A stretch of DNA of 64,000 nt from the human T2T-CHM13v2.0 reference genome, Homo sapiens. Made by a program: the position numbers and the translations under genes. How positions within the stretch are numbered: position 1 is the first letter of the stretch; the number at the start of each line of letters is the position of its first letter. The stretch lies in assembly GCF_009914755.1 (NCBI RefSeq), contig NC_060939.1. One strand, given 5' to 3'. Positions 28,501 through 42,757 of this stretch are shown here, piece by piece. The notes under the pieces were generated by a model. It saw only the letters and a program-made list of their open reading frames with translations. It made no database searches and was not told the DNA's origin.

Positions 28501-31500
28501 TCGAGCTGTATTAAAAAGTAGGAACGATCCCCACATGGCTTCCTTCCTGTATTTGCGATGATGTTTGGAATATTTGCACATATCTTCGGTAGCATGAAAA
28601 AATGGAACTGCATTAAAAAATCTTGTACAGTGCTTTACAGATTTTCAATGGTTTTCCTAATCGCTCTTATTTGGTCTTTAAATGACTCTGTGAGATGAGT
28701 AGAGTGATAGTCTGTATTTATGCAATGAGGGGAGTGTTGCTCAGAGACCTTAAGGCATGAGTGCTGGACCCCAGTTCCTAATGTGATTTTCCTGTCCTGT
28801 GTTGCCACTCATTGTTACTGTGGGTTCCTTTATATGAATGAAGTTGAAAGGTTTATTTTCTCCCATACAGACTTCTTCATAGAAAGCAAAAGAAACTGAT
28901 ACGAATAAATCAGTTGTTTCCCACTGTCTTATATAACCTGTTCCTTTTTTTCTAATTTAAAATCAAATTATAATAATTATACTACTATCACCACTACCAA
29001 GAGTTATAATCTGATAAGCTCTTTCTTTGCATCCATTTTGTACTAGGTATCTTACATTATACCATTTCTAACCTTTATAATGACCTGAAAGACAAACATG
29101 ATTTTCACTGTTTAACAGATGAGAAAACATAGGCTCTAAGAGGGTAAAGTAACTTGGAAAAACTAGTCAGTGACAGATCTAGGATTTCAAAAATCCAGTT
29201 ATATCTGACTTCAAAGTCTGTTGCTTCTCCTTTATCTTGCTGTCCCACCCCTGGAAGACTTTTCCAGGTGCGCATTACACATATAACCTTAAACAACTTC
29301 TATGCAAAATGCATGACTCCAATAAGATGCAAGTGTGAAGTTGGCATTGGCCTCTCAGGGTGCTGGAGTCAGTGCCAGCCCATCTCTGTAGGCGAGAGAG
29401 GGATGTTGTTTGTGTCTCAGCCAGTGGGTGTAAAATCAGCACCCAGCTGATTTCACTGGAAGGGGAAACTGCAGGGGTCTGCAGTGATCCCTGAGGCTAG
29501 ACTGTCAGCCTAGAATAGGCTGCCAGAGAGCTGAGTGGTGACATTGCCATCCTTTGTGTCAGGGGCCCAAGAGATGATCCGTCACTAAGTATGGAGCAGA
29601 GCAACAGAGCACAAAGAATTTCCCGCATCCCTTCCGCCAGCAACCCGGTCAGACAGAGAACACTCGGGTCCTCGGTGGAGCTCATGACTGCCAGCTAAAA
29701 TGACTCTTTGAGGCCAGTGGGTGTAAAATTCCTCTTTATTTTGTAAATCTTAACCAGCACTAGCTCAGATGAACTGATTTTCACTTTGCAAAGGATTGAT
29801 TTTAATTTCAGAGAAGAAAGCTGGAAAGTCACAAATATTAGCAGGGATGGAAGAAAGGGGGTGTGATAGAAGGTCCTGGAAATGTAATAGCCTTTGAAAT
29901 GCCCCATGGGGTCCACTGAACAGGCTGGATGTGAACATCCTCTTCTCCGTGTGGGCTGGCCTGGCTGCTTGAATGTGTGGAGTGTACGCTTTCTGTTTCA
30001 CCACTGGAGATTTTGCTGACTCAGAGGCATTCATCAATCTCTGCTGGGGATGTGCAGAAAATAGTCCAAAGAAGTTTTGTCCTTGCCTTGTCCTCTCTGC
30101 CTCACCTCTCGGTGGGTCCTAGAAAAGGAAGTCTTGTGCTCGAAAGGAGACATGGTAACAGATTATAAGGTATAAGGCATGAATTACAAAGTTATAGTAC
30201 CATCTAATATTAGAAATGAAAGAAAGGAAGGAGACCTCCTAGCATGCCCTTCGTTTCTGACTTGAAGAAACTGAGCCCCAAGGAGAAAGTGACTTGGTCA
30301 AGGTCATATACTCTCAGACCAGAATCTGGGACTCCTGACTATTGGCACAGAATTCTTCCCCCTGTGCCAGGTTGTCTTGCTGTTTGCTTGTGAGGGATGA
30401 TTATTTAAACCAATCAGATAGAGTCTTTCATTAGTATGGTTTCTTTTTTAGAAGGCAGCATGTGTATAGGGTGCATTTGGCTTCTGGTAACAATAGCTTT
30501 GAATCATAAAGATACTCATTATTTATTGATCAAGAATTTTCAAAGTAGGTGGTACCAGAGTTGGTTCGATGACTCACTGATGTCAGGGCATGAGGTTGGC
30601 ATGTCTGCGATTCTCTTTACTTTCCATGGTGGTCACAAGATAGCCACCATAGCTCTAATCTAAGTCCCCCGATAATGGCTTTCCAATCACCTGGCAGGTG
30701 TCCACCAAGTCTTATGGCTTGCCTGGATTAATCACTGGCAAGAAGAATTGGATGAAGAGGACCTTGTTGAATGAACTATGATTGATCCCTTAGGGTTGAG
30801 TGTGTCTGAGGAGGCAATCTCTCTGAACACGTTTAATACCTGAACACAAGCCAGGGTTCCCTTAGCAAGGAAGAAGAGGGAAAAGGGCTGTTGGGAACAT
30901 GACCAACAGAGTCTATTGCAGGCACAAGGTTTTTAAAGGTAGGCTGTTTGACTTCATATCTTGGCTACATCACTAACCCTATCATCTTACACAAGTAACT
31001 TAACCTCCCTAACCTTGGTTTCTTAATGTGTGATATTAAAATACTATTAGTACCTGCCTACAGAAGCATTGTGAGGATTAAATAAGATAAAGCCCATAAA
31101 GGGCTCATCACAGTTCCTGGCACACAGTAAGGATCCAGTAAATATGAGCTGGTATTTGTATATTTTTAACTTTTCACTTTATTCAGTAGCTCCTTAAAAG
31201 AGTCAACTTACTCACGGGCTTGTTTACTGATGAACAAGAGGTGTTAGTCCCTTCTGTCCTGTCATGGAGCCAACATTTTAATAAAGAAAAAGGCTAAAAA
31301 ACCCCAAAAAACCAAGATGGCTCTCTCTGACCTCCATTTTTCTACTGGCAAGAGTAAAGAAGATTCTAGAATTCAATGTATTCTTGGTAAGCTTCCCAGC
31401 ATTTTTTCTCCCCAGTACTACCAGCCTTGCCACCAAGATCAGGACTAATTTCATTATGCTCTTTATCCCTGTATGTCAATCACCGTGAGAGGTTCATGTC

Positions 31501-31639
31501 TGCCAGGACACCCCTTACCACCCACATTTGCATTCCCGTATGACACTGTACATGCCTCCGTTCCCCTATGTTTCCCCCTTCTCCTCTGAGGATGTTAATT
31601 AGCCCTGCAGCCTCAGATGAGTGCTCTTGGCCCCGTCAC

Positions 31640-33245
31640 AGCCTCCACTCTTGTACCATTGCTCTTTCTTGCTCCCCCTGGACATTTCCAGGCCATTCTC
31701 CCTCTCTCCTCACTAAAAGATCTCATATTCGAATCTCTTGTCATCAGAGAGCATCACTTACTACACATTCTTGTTGCAGTCATCCACTGACTGGGCCATG
31801 TGCTCTCATTCCTGGAGAATTTTAGTTCCAGGTTCATCACGGTCACATTCCAACCATCTCTCTATTATTGTCCTTGGAGATTTTAATAAGTGATTTCCAT
31901 TATCCTGGTCTGTCGTTTCCTTAAAGTCCTCTCCAATCTTTAGACTTTTAACCTCTTATTACCCCCTTGTTCTCACCACATTCCTCACTGAGCTTAATGT
32001 CCATGTCCATAAGCACAGTCACTTTCTGTGCGCATCACCAGCTTCCTTGCACCTCTCTTACTCTGCTGTGTTCCCCACCCCTGGTTGCATCCGACTTTTC
32101 CTCCATCTGTCCCTAAACCCCGTTGCTGCACCTGGGTGGTCAGGAACACAGAACATACAATGTTGCCCACTGGCCTCACTAAATTGATGATGCAGAGCCT
32201 CCAGAGGATCCTTTGTGCTGCCAGCCATCATCCTTCATTTCCCTCATCCCTTCACACTCTCCTTGATGGTTATTTTGTGTCTTATCCACTATTTTCCAAT
32301 TTCCAGCATCTCTTCCTCATCTTCACTCTCAGATTAATAAACTCAGTTCCTCCTGAACTGAGAACAACAGAAGTAACCGGAGAAGAACTTCCATAGCCCC
32401 TGTTATCACACCTACCTTCCTCGCTGCCTCTGTGCTGACACCGTATTCTTGTGACAGTGGAGGAGGTGTAAGGCTCACTGGTCTCCCTGTATCCCATCCC
32501 CTCTCACCTCCCCAGAACATCACTTTTGTAATCCTTTTTCTCATCATTTTGTAACTCCTCCTCATCAATATTTATCTCTCTATGGAATCATTCCCACCAG
32601 CACACTACACATTTCTTCAGTCTTGATCCCACACACATCTTTTCTATTCCCTTTCCAGTAAAATTCACTGAACCCAGTTCCTCACTTTCTGTTCTCACTT
32701 GAACCCACTTTCAGTAGAATGAATGAGTGAGGACGTTTCATCTTTAAGCAGGAGTTAATCCTCGCCTCTTCAGAAACCTGCTCTGTCTAGATCACTCTTG
32801 GCCTCCACTTGCTCAGTTCAGCAGTCAACTCTCATCCTCAGCTTATTCACCTGTTCACAGCAACTCTAACGGTTAGCCACTCTCTCCTCCTTGATGCGCT
32901 TTCTTTATTGGACATCTAAGCTACCTCTGTCTCCTCGTTTTCCACCTGCCCATTGGCTGCTCCTTCTTGTTCTCCATCACTGGTCTCTCTTCATATTCCT
33001 GGCCTTTAAATGTTGGAATGTCTCAGTGCTCAGTCCTTGAATCTCTTGTGTATTGCCAGTCACTTCTTTGGGGATCGTGTTTGTTGTCTGCTTTCAGTAC
33101 CACCTTTCCTCTGGATGCCACCTTTAAAATGCATCCAGAATCCAGCCACTTCTTACCACTTTCCTCTACCTACCAACCTGGCCCAAGTCATCAGCGTCAT
33201 TCACTTGAAATACATGTGGTGGCCTGCTAACTGATCTTTACGATT
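31640..33245 (+). mobile_element. Large decayed L2 (ORF2 region)
   Basis: CT-rich; endonuclease-like IVLGDFN at about 31868; RT-region sequence cagaaacctgctctgtctagatcact...ccactctctcctccttga. Confidence 0.7.
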
Positions 33246-33589
33246 CCACCTGTTGGAGGGAGAGGCTATTGAGGATGGATGGTCAGGGAAGGCCTCTTTG
33301 AGATTTCGCCTGAAATATGAGAAGGAGCCAGCCATGCGAAGATCTGAACAAAGAACATTCTAGATAGAGGAAAGAGCAGTGTGAAGACTCTGAGGTGGGA
33401 GAGAGCATAGGACATCAGTATCCAGGGGTTGCTTAATACTTGATAAAAGGGTGAATAGCAGAATAAGAGTAACCGTCATAGGATGAAGAGATTTGACCCA
33501 GGAGTTACCTATTATTTTTTTAAATATGAATACTCACTTTCTGAACATGCTATTAAAGGCTGCACAAATCTCTGTCACACAGGGTTCTC

Positions 33590-33870
33590 AAATAGTAGGT
33601 GAAACTACTGTTTGGCTAGTAGTGTTTTAAAACTCAGAGATTTTATTTAGCAATCTAGATTTCTGGTTCTTTTTGAAACTGTAGGAATAGGGTCTATCTT
33701 CTGTAACACAGCAGTTGGCTGAAGTTAGGTGGTGGCTGCTCCCTTTAGACGGGCATGTATTTCTCAGTCCCCACACTCCCTATTAGGGATGTCTGGAAGT
33801 ATCACCCATTTGTATAACCTTCCTGGGCCCTGTTGGCATCTGCTTTTGCCCTCTTATGAGACCCCTGGAC
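33590..33870. mobile_element. MER102-like DNA transposon remnant
   Basis: ggtggctgctccctttagacgggcatg...cagtccccac. Confidence 0.6.
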
Positions 33871-36800
33871 TATTCCTATATCTCATCAGACACAATATTC
33901 CACCCTCTAGCAATGACCACAACTTGGTCTTAAGTGAAATGGCAGAGGCATCACTGAGCCTCATTGGGTTATGATCCTATCTGAGATGCCCACAGTGCCC
34001 AGGAGAGCTATCAGAGGTGTCATACCTCCACTGGCCCAGGTGACACCTCCTCTTACCCGTCTCACCTGGAGTCATTCTGGATTGGAGGCACCAAAAGGGA
34101 AGCTGCTTTTCTGAAACATCTCTAGTGTGGTGGTATGTGAGCAAGGCAATTTCAGGGTTCTTGAAGTATCCTCAGGGAATCTGTCTTAATGCCTCTTCTT
34201 TTTAGCCTGAGAGAAGATTAAGGAAAGTGACAGATACCCCTTTGCCCCAAGGCTAAGGTGAGCCCCAGTCAGAAACCTCACTGTTGTCTTAAATCCTTTC
34301 TATTGCAGCTGCTTCCACTGTGGCTGTGGATATGTCTCTACTCACCAAAGACACAGCCAGGAACCTGGGGTCTGGGTCTCCTCATTGCTCACTGCTTGGC
34401 CCAGAATGTTGTCTCTTGGTTTCATCTTGGTTATCCATCTCCTGCGATGATAAAGTCTCTAGGTTGCCAGGCAAAGTCTTTAGTTTCCCCTGTATATGGT
34501 TGGAGAGAGAACTTCTTCCTGATTTAAGGCTCTGTCCTTAAATCCAATGCTGCTGAAGCAAGGGGCTTCTGTCTCTCAGACTCCCTGATCTGCCTGTAGA
34601 CCCTCACCTCTGGGCCTATTGGACACATTCAGAACCTAGAACTTCCAGGAGGGGCGGTTCTGCTCTTCTGCTGTGCTGTGGCTCACCCTGAGCTGAGGGG
34701 CCAGGGCAAGTGAGAATGTTGCATCCTCAGGCAGAGTGACAAATGCCTCACCCCAACCCTGCTGTCCTTGAAGAGTATTAGTGTATCTTTCTTCATGGGC
34801 TATGTCATAATTTGGGGCATTGGTGACTCACTCAACTATAATCCTAGGTTCTTTCATCAGAGATTGGGAAAGTTTACTTATACTTTAATAATTGTGGTCA
34901 GAGAGGAAATCTCTTAACCTCAGTTTCCTCATCTGTTACATGAAGCCATTAATACCTCCCTCACCAGGTTGGAATGACAAATTGAAATTATTATACATGT
35001 GATCTATCACAGTGTCTTACATATGGCAGGAGATCAACAAATGTTAATTCTTTTGTCCCTTCATTTCTCCTCTACACATTTGTATCCAAATATCTTATGT
35101 GACATTTAGGAAAGAATTCCAACTACCAAGAGAATGGACAAGTTAACCCACTTCTGAAGATTCCTTCACTTGAGTTTACTGGACCCATAAAAGACTAGAA
35201 AAGTCGAACATGGTGATTCTAGATTGGTTTCCACTAGACGACATGTTAAAGCCAAACCTTTTCGACCCAAAAGAAAGTGTTTACTCATCCAGAAGTTTCC
35301 AAGCGTCCAGATGCCACATAAACAAAGCACCTGGCTGACTTACCCAATGCATCTTATTTCATAGGGTGTGCAGATGGATACCCTGATGTTCCTCCATGAT
35401 TTAATACCAAAGTGAGAGTTCTTTGTGGGATTCCCATATATGTTAAAACATTTATCACATTTACCACTTTGAGGAACTGTGAATCCCATGCCCTAGTCCA
35501 AGAGAATACTACCCTTCAAGGGGGGTATATTTGGTTGAGTAATAAATAAATGGAATGGAAATGACAGGAATTACTTTTTAGAGATGTTATTATAGATGCA
35601 ATGGAAATGGTTTAGTTGGAAGATGCTGATTTTTATTCCTGCAAAGCATATGCATACAGTCAAATAAATATTTGAGTCACTGCAGGAAAAAGAAGCTCAT
35701 AATCCTCTCAGGATAATGAATGCATTTAATTTCTACATATTCAAGCAAGAAAAAGGTTAGAAGTGGTTTATTTGTCTTTGGTTAATTGCTAAATAAAGAA
35801 GCTCACCCAGTCAGGGCCTCTTCTTTCTTGTCACCACGGTAAGCCAGTGCGGTCTGATGGTACATCTTATCCTGCTGCCTCTAGTGTGGAGAGGAAATCT
35901 TCTGTCTGTGTGAAAAGCATCTCTAAAGCTGAGAAGAGGTTTCTGATATCTGCCAGCTCTCTAGAAGGATATTTGGCATTGTGTCTCAAGAGCCACAAAC
36001 TTGTTGATCTCCTTCGATCTCATGATTCGATTTCTTGGAATCTATTCTGAGCAAATAACTAGAAACACCAACAAAGACATATGCATAAAATATTCTTTGC
36101 TGAGTTGTTTATTAAGTGAAAAGCTAGACTATGAAGCTTTCGAGACAGAAAGATTTCTATCGTGTAAATACAGTATGTAGTTATACACGTACCAATACAA
36201 ATACAAAAATAAAGCCTGCTGACAACAGCTGTCTCTGAGTGGTGGTATGATGAATAGATTATTGCTTTACCTTTTATACATTTTGGGGGGTATTCCTCAG
36301 ATTTTCTTACAGTGAATAGGAATTACTTTTAGATTGTTTTATTTATTGAACAAATATTAATGGAGTACCTACTATGTGTACATCTCTGTGCTAGAGACAC
36401 AGTGTCGAACTCTCCTCAAGCAAAATCAACATGGTCCCTTCGTCCAGGAGTTTACAGTCACAGGAGTTTGGCAAATATCAAACAAATAAATATATAACAT
36501 CAAATAGAGACATGTGATACAAAGGAAAAGCAATAGTATGCTGCCAAAAGACTATCAGGGACGACTGAAATTTGGAACAGGAACCAACAAACTGTGGTCT
36601 ACAAACCTATGACCAATTTTTTTTTAAACATTTTTAAAGGGTTGTAAATTTAGGAATAATAATATGATGTGACAGAGACCATAGAAGATTGGCAAAGTAC
36701 ATTTTACAAGTAAAATATCTATGCTCTGTCCCTTTATAGAAAAAGTTGGTGGAGCCTTAGTTTGGAACATCAGGGATGCCTTTCTAAGGAGATGACATTT

Positions 36801-37477
36801 AATGTGGGAACTGAAGAAATATGAGTTAGCAAAAAAAAAAAAAAAATCCCCCCTTCAAAGTCTTGTTAGAGGAAACTTCAAAAATATTTTTCAAAAAAAG
36901 CTTTTTATTGGAAGCTGGCTTCTTCTCCAGGTAAGGAGAGAGGGAGGTCTATTTAAAGGGCATACTACTAAAAATAAGTTTCCTATGCTATTCTCTATCC
37001 TTTTTCCTCATATTCCTTTAGTATATGATTGGCTTGTTTTTAAAATATCACCATCTTATTTTTATTTTTCTAATCCTGTGGCTTTCCAAGGTCCTAGACA
37101 ATTTTAAGCTGTACTGCTAATAACATCAATAGCAGCTTTTATTAAATGTGCATTTACTTTGGTGCCAGGCATTTTGCTAGATACTTTAAATCCACTCCCC
37201 TATATAATCCTAACAACTCTGCAAAGATGGGCACCGAATTTTACAAAGATGTAATAGTGGTCAGAGAGGCTGAATGGGCTGCCCACAGGCATGCTGTGGT
37301 AGTCATGGAGCCAGGACCATGGCCCAGATGTCTCAGTCTCAGAACTGGGCTCTTTCTTGCATGGTGCCTGTCACTGCAGGCTCCTCCCTCTTCCAAGGAG
37401 GGGTATTCTATTTCCTTTGTTGTGTTACCACCAATTAAAAGTCTTTTCCACTCCACCACATCGCTCCTCCTTTCAAC

Positions 37478-37527
37478 CTCCTCCTCCTCCTCCTCCTCCT
37501 CCTCCTCCTTCTTCTCCTCTTCCTCCT
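37478..37527. repeat. (TCC)n microsatellite
   Basis: cctcctcctcctcctcctcctcctcctccttcttctcctct. Confidence 0.9.
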
Positions 37528-38109
37528 TTGCTCTGCAAGTAGCAATCCTGGTTTTCAATTTCCTCAAAAATCTCAGTATATTAAGGGATCATTTCCCTAA
37601 TATGCCACCGAGCTTGTTGAGTGAAATTGAGGGAAGATTGAATTTCTGGCTTTCTAACTAGTTCCTTATCTGCTTCACACTAAGGTAATTTTTGATAACT
37701 CCACTGCACTCTAATTTTCCAAATGTATTTTTTAAATTTCTTTTGCTAAAGACAGATTTTAAATGAGTCTAATAACATAGCCATTCCAGAGACATTGTTA
37801 ATTTTGTATTTCCCTTCCCTGGTGATAGGCTTATTTTTCCTTCATTCTTCCTTTTCCTAGACTTCAAAGACAGCATTTGAGAAGCTCTTCTTATTCTCTC
37901 TGGTACCTCCATGACCTTGGACAGTGAGGTTTAGTAGTGAAAGCACAAGGCCTGGAGCCAGGAGACCAGAAATGCAGTGCCAGCAGGTCCTCGGCCAGCA
38001 TTGAGGTTCTGGGCAAGTTATTGACCCTTTCTGGGGCTCAGCCTCCTCGTCTGGTAAAACTAAGGGGTTGGATTCAACATCTAACTTGTAAAGTTTTTCA
38101 ATTTGTCTA

Positions 38110-38650
38110 GGTGTCTAGATCAGTCATGGGATAGTCAGGAGACAAATCATACCAGTTACTTGAAAAGAGAGATTTTAATGTAAAAATTATTAACAGGATG
38201 GGTGAAACGCTTTTGAAAAGTTTCACTGAGGTAGCAAATGCAGGGAGAAGCTACCTCCCCTAGGGCTTGGAGAATAAAGGAAAGAGATTGGAATGATTAT
38301 AACTTAGAATCTTGAAAAGGGGTTCCATAAAGCTGCAACTCAGCTCTCTTAAGAGAGGCCCTGGCTGGCAGTTGCTGGTGTTGGAGAGGAGAATGAAGTG
38401 CAATGTGGCCTCTGCTAATTGGATGCAGCTGCTATCTAGAAAGGAATTGCTGCAGTCAGGCTGAAACCTACAGGGAACAGAAAGGACAGGTGCTTTCTTC
38501 TTTCCCCAGCCCTGAAGCCTCCCTCTAGCGCCCTCTATTGGCAGAGCCTAGCAGAGAGTGGCTGGCAAAACTGACCGGGATTTGTGGACCAAGTAAGGTC
38601 TAGGAGGGTGGCTTTGGAGCTGAGGGACAATAATTTCATAACTGCACAGT
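38110..38650 (-). mobile_element. ERVL-class solo LTR, LTR41-like
   Basis: agtcaggagacaaatcataccagttacttgaaaagagagattttaatg...ccctctagcgccctctattggcagagcctagcag. Confidence 0.65.
38526..38543 (-). promoter_or_regulatory. Candidate CTCF site
   Basis: Minus strand TGCCAATAGAGGGCGCTA; 13 of 14 positions match CCASYAGRKGGCRS. Confidence 0.6.
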
Positions 38651-38815
38651 GTTCATTGCTAAGATTGCAAACTGGTAGGTTAGAAGCCACTTTTTTGTTA
38701 AGGATATCTTTATTATTATTATTCGATTCTTTTTAAAGTCATTTATCATAGTCGTACATATTTTGGAGCACCTGTGATATTTTGATCCATGTGTACAATG
38801 TCATAAAGATCCTTG

Positions 38816-39127
<312 letters not shown>

Positions 39128-39424
39128 TCAAACATTTGTGTCTGAGTTTATGTTTTTAATCTGCATATTTTCTTCCTTGGAAATCCACAGTACTTCATCT
39201 TTCATTATTTACATTTTTAAAGAATTAATTTAAAATTAATGAATGGGAAGGCAACTTGGAGATCATCTCTAGTTCAGTAATCGGTTTATAAATGAGGTGA
39301 TTAATACCCTCAGAAAGTGAGAGGTTTTGCTCCCAAATCATACAACTAGTGAATGAGATCTTTGGGTTCCAAGGCCTGGATTCTCATCATTATTTACTGT
39401 TTACAGGAGGACAGATGTGCTCTA

Positions 39425-39592
39425 GCCTCTTGCTACTCAAAGTGTGGTCCCCAGACCAGCAGCACTGGCCTCAGCTGGCAGCTTGTTAGAGATGCAGAAT
39501 CTCAGGGCCCATCTCAGGCCTGCTGGATCAGTATATGATTTTAACAAGATCCCCAGGTGATTTATGTGCACAGTAAAGTTTGAGAAGTGCTG
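39425..39592. mobile_element. MER5A
   Basis: ctactcaaagtgtggtcc...ttaacaagatccccaggtgatt...aaagtttgagaag. Confidence 0.85.
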
Positions 39593-39828
39593 AAGATAGC
39601 TTTATTGAAGTAAAAGAAAAAATAGACTTTTATTGGATGCTAGTGTTTTTCTCTAGGGTGGACTCAGGGTGTGGGGTGTGGAGACTAGTTCTCAGCAAAT
39701 CTCTGGACCACTCCTCTAAGTCTCTTTTCCCTCTCCCTGCTTTCAGTTTATGGGCCCATACACATACATGCAAACACCCATGTGCACACACACAATCACA
39801 CGTGCATGCATCCATACATCTACGTTTT

Positions 39829-39830
<2 letters not shown>

Positions 39831-39867
<37 letters not shown>
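39831..39867. repeat. (CA)n microsatellite
   Basis: Perfect CA run preceded by degenerate CA-rich sequence. Confidence 0.92.
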
Positions 39868-39871
<4 letters not shown>

Positions 39872-40334
39872 ATGATCTGGCTTCTGTCCTACCTTCTAGC
39901 CTGAACCCTCACCAGATTCCCCTACATGAACTATGCTCTACTCACGCTAGGCTACTTACAAGAAGTTGCCCAAACATATCAGACTTTCTTTTTGCCTCAG
40001 TCACCAAATGGAAATCAGACTAAATTCTGTTTGTCTTTCAAGAACAGCTCAATGTCTTTCTCTTGGAAGCCTTCCCACATTGAGTGAATTATATCCAAGG
40101 TTTGCTCTTCTTCTGGGTTTTAATAATACCTGACAGATACCTTTATTGAGCACCTTTTTTCTCACTCATAGATAATCATACATTTTATTGTTTATCTCCT
40201 TGAAAGGATGGAACCATTCCTCACTTGACAAGCAATACTGGGGGTGAGCAGATGAAGAAAGAATGAACTAATGTAAAGCGAAGGAATCTAACAAATGCTT
40301 ATCTGTAAAGAGCAGCAAAGTGTAATAGTTAAAG

Positions 40335-42052
40335 GATCGAGTTGGTTTTTTGAAAAGATAAACAAAACTGACAGACTTTTAGCTAGACTAAGGAAAAAAG
40401 AAGGCTCAAATAAAATTAGAAATGAAATGAAAGAGAAGGCATTACAACTGATACCACAGAAATATGAAGGATCACAGGAGATTATTATGAAAAATTGCAC
40501 ACAACCAGTTGTGTAATCTGGAAGAAATGCATACATTCCTAGAAACATGCAATCCGCCAACACTCAATTATGAAGAAATAGAAAATCTTAACAAACCATT
40601 AATGACTAAAGAGATTGAATTAGTAACCAAAAACCTCTCAGTGAAGAAAAGCCTAGGACCTGCTGGCTTCACTGTTGAATTCTACCACACATTTAAAGAA
40701 TAAGTAATGCCAACCTTTCTCAAACTCTTCCAGAAAATTGAAGGTGAAGGAATATTTACAAACTCATTTTACAAATCCAGCATTACTCTGATACCAAAGC
40801 CAGAGAAGAACACTACAAGGAAAGAAAATTACAGGTCAATATTCCTGATGGACACAGATGCAATAATCTTCTACAAAATACTAGCAAATTAAATTCGACA
40901 GCATATTAAAAGGATCATACACCATGATCAAGTGAGATTTGTCCTTGGCATGAATGGATGTTTAAACATATGCAAATCAATAAATGTGATACACCACATT
41001 AACATAATAATGGATAAAAATCATATGATCATCTTAATAGATGCAGAAAAAGCATTTGACAAAATTCAGCATCCTTTCGTGATAAAAATTCTCAACAAAT
41101 TAGGTATAGAAGGCCACATATGGCAAGCCCACAACTGACAATCATAATCAATAATGAAAAGCTGAAAGGTTTACCCCTAATATCAGCAACAAGACAAGAA
41201 TGCCCACTCTTGCCACTTCTATTCAACATAGAGCAATTAGGCAAGAAAAAGAAATAAAAGTCATCCAAATCAGAAATGAAGAAGTAAAATGGTTTCTGCA
41301 GATGGCATCTTATACATAGAAAACCCTAAAGACTCCACCAAAAAATTGTTAGAACAAATAAACAAATTCAGTAAAGGTGTAAAATAAGAAACCAACATAA
41401 AAATAGTAATGTTTCTATATGCTAACAATGAAGTATCTGAAAACAAAATCTAGGAAACAATCTCATTTACAATAACATTAAAACATACTTAGGAATGAAT
41501 TTAATCAAAGAAATGAAAGGTCTTTATACTGAAAACTATAAGACATTGATGAAGAAATGGAAGAAGACACAAATAGATGGAAAGATATCCCATGTTTATG
41601 AATAGAAAGAATTAATATTGTTAAAGTATCTATACTGCCCAAAGTAACCTACAGATTCAATGCCGTCCCTATCAAACTTCCAATGGCATTTTTCATAGAA
41701 ATAGGAAAAAAATCCTAAAATTCATATAGAACCACAAAAGATTTGGATAGGCAAAGCAGTCGAGCCAAAAGAACAAAGCTGATAGCACCACACTACTTGC
41801 TTTCAAATATACTACAAAACTGTAGTAATTTAAAACAATGGTAGTGGCATAAACACAGACATATAGACCAATGGAACAGAATAGAGAGCTTAGAAATAAA
41901 TTCACACATTTATGGCCAATTGATTTCCAACAAAAGTGCCAAGAACACACAATAGGGGGAAAAACAGTCTCTTCAATAAATTGCGTTGAGAAAACTGGAT
42001 ATTACATGCAGAAGAATGAAACTGGACCCTTATCTCACACCATATACAAATA
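40335..42052 (+). mobile_element. Decayed L1 ORF2 fragment (RT region), old L1M/L1PB type
   Basis: ORF track fragments [59 protein letters not shown]; many stops and frameshifts. Confidence 0.93.
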
Positions 42053-42576
42053 TACTACATTTCCTTAAGGCTAGACATTGGTTGTAGCTTGAAGAAAGGT
42101 CCTTCTTGGATGGTAATAACATAGCCAGCCTTGCTGGCAATTGCTGTTTTTCACTTCTACCATGTTCTTCCTTCCTAATATCCACTTTGCCACACTTTAC
42201 CCTGGAAATTCTCTCCTTAAACATAATCCACCAGTTGAGGGCTTTTGCAACACAAAGACTTTCCTTGCTTAAAAAATTACAACATTTCCCTTGTCTGCAG
42301 ATTATGTACCTAAATGACTGGTCTTACAGCCATCTCAGTTTTGGTTGATCTGTGTTAGTCTGTGTATATGTGAGGCCATTTTTAAGATAAAATTTGTAAA
42401 AAGTCATATTTGTATAGCACTTCCAATTTGCCACAAATATCACATTCCACCATTTTGTGTCTATGACACAGAAATTCTAGGATAAATAAAAATGAACATT
42501 GTATTTTGTAAACATTGTATAGTCTTAATCTTTTGTCTTTTCTCTCTATTCTCTCCTCTCCTCCCCCTCATTGCAG

Positions 42577-42757
42577 GGATGATAGTCTACTTGGGAATGA
42601 TGGCGGGCGCCTTCATCCTGGGAGGCCTGGCTGATAAGCTGGGAAGGAAGCGAGTCCTCAGCATGTCTCTGGCCGTCAATGCCTCCTTCGCCTCCCTCTC
42701 TTCCTTCGTGCAGGGATATGGAGCCTTCCTCTTCTGCCGACTCATCTCAGGCATCGG
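42577..42757 (+). CDS. SV2B: SV2B exon 3 (181 nt), TM2-TM4 region with MFS motif A
   Basis: Acceptor ccccctcattgcag; GMIVYLGMMAGAFILGGLADKLGRKRVL (MFS signature GxxxDxxGRK); donor GG|gtatgt. Confidence 0.97.

Noticed and set aside
35100-35460. Unique-looking stretch with a minus-strand GTAAGT donor, considered as a pseudogene or antisense exon
   Set aside because: No recognisable protein similarity or sustained ORF; cannot be supported without a database search.
40295-42068. Reverse-transcriptase-like ORFs as an active retroelement
   Set aside because: Fragmented old L1 ORF2 with stops, frameshifts and deletions; no ORF1 or 5'UTR.
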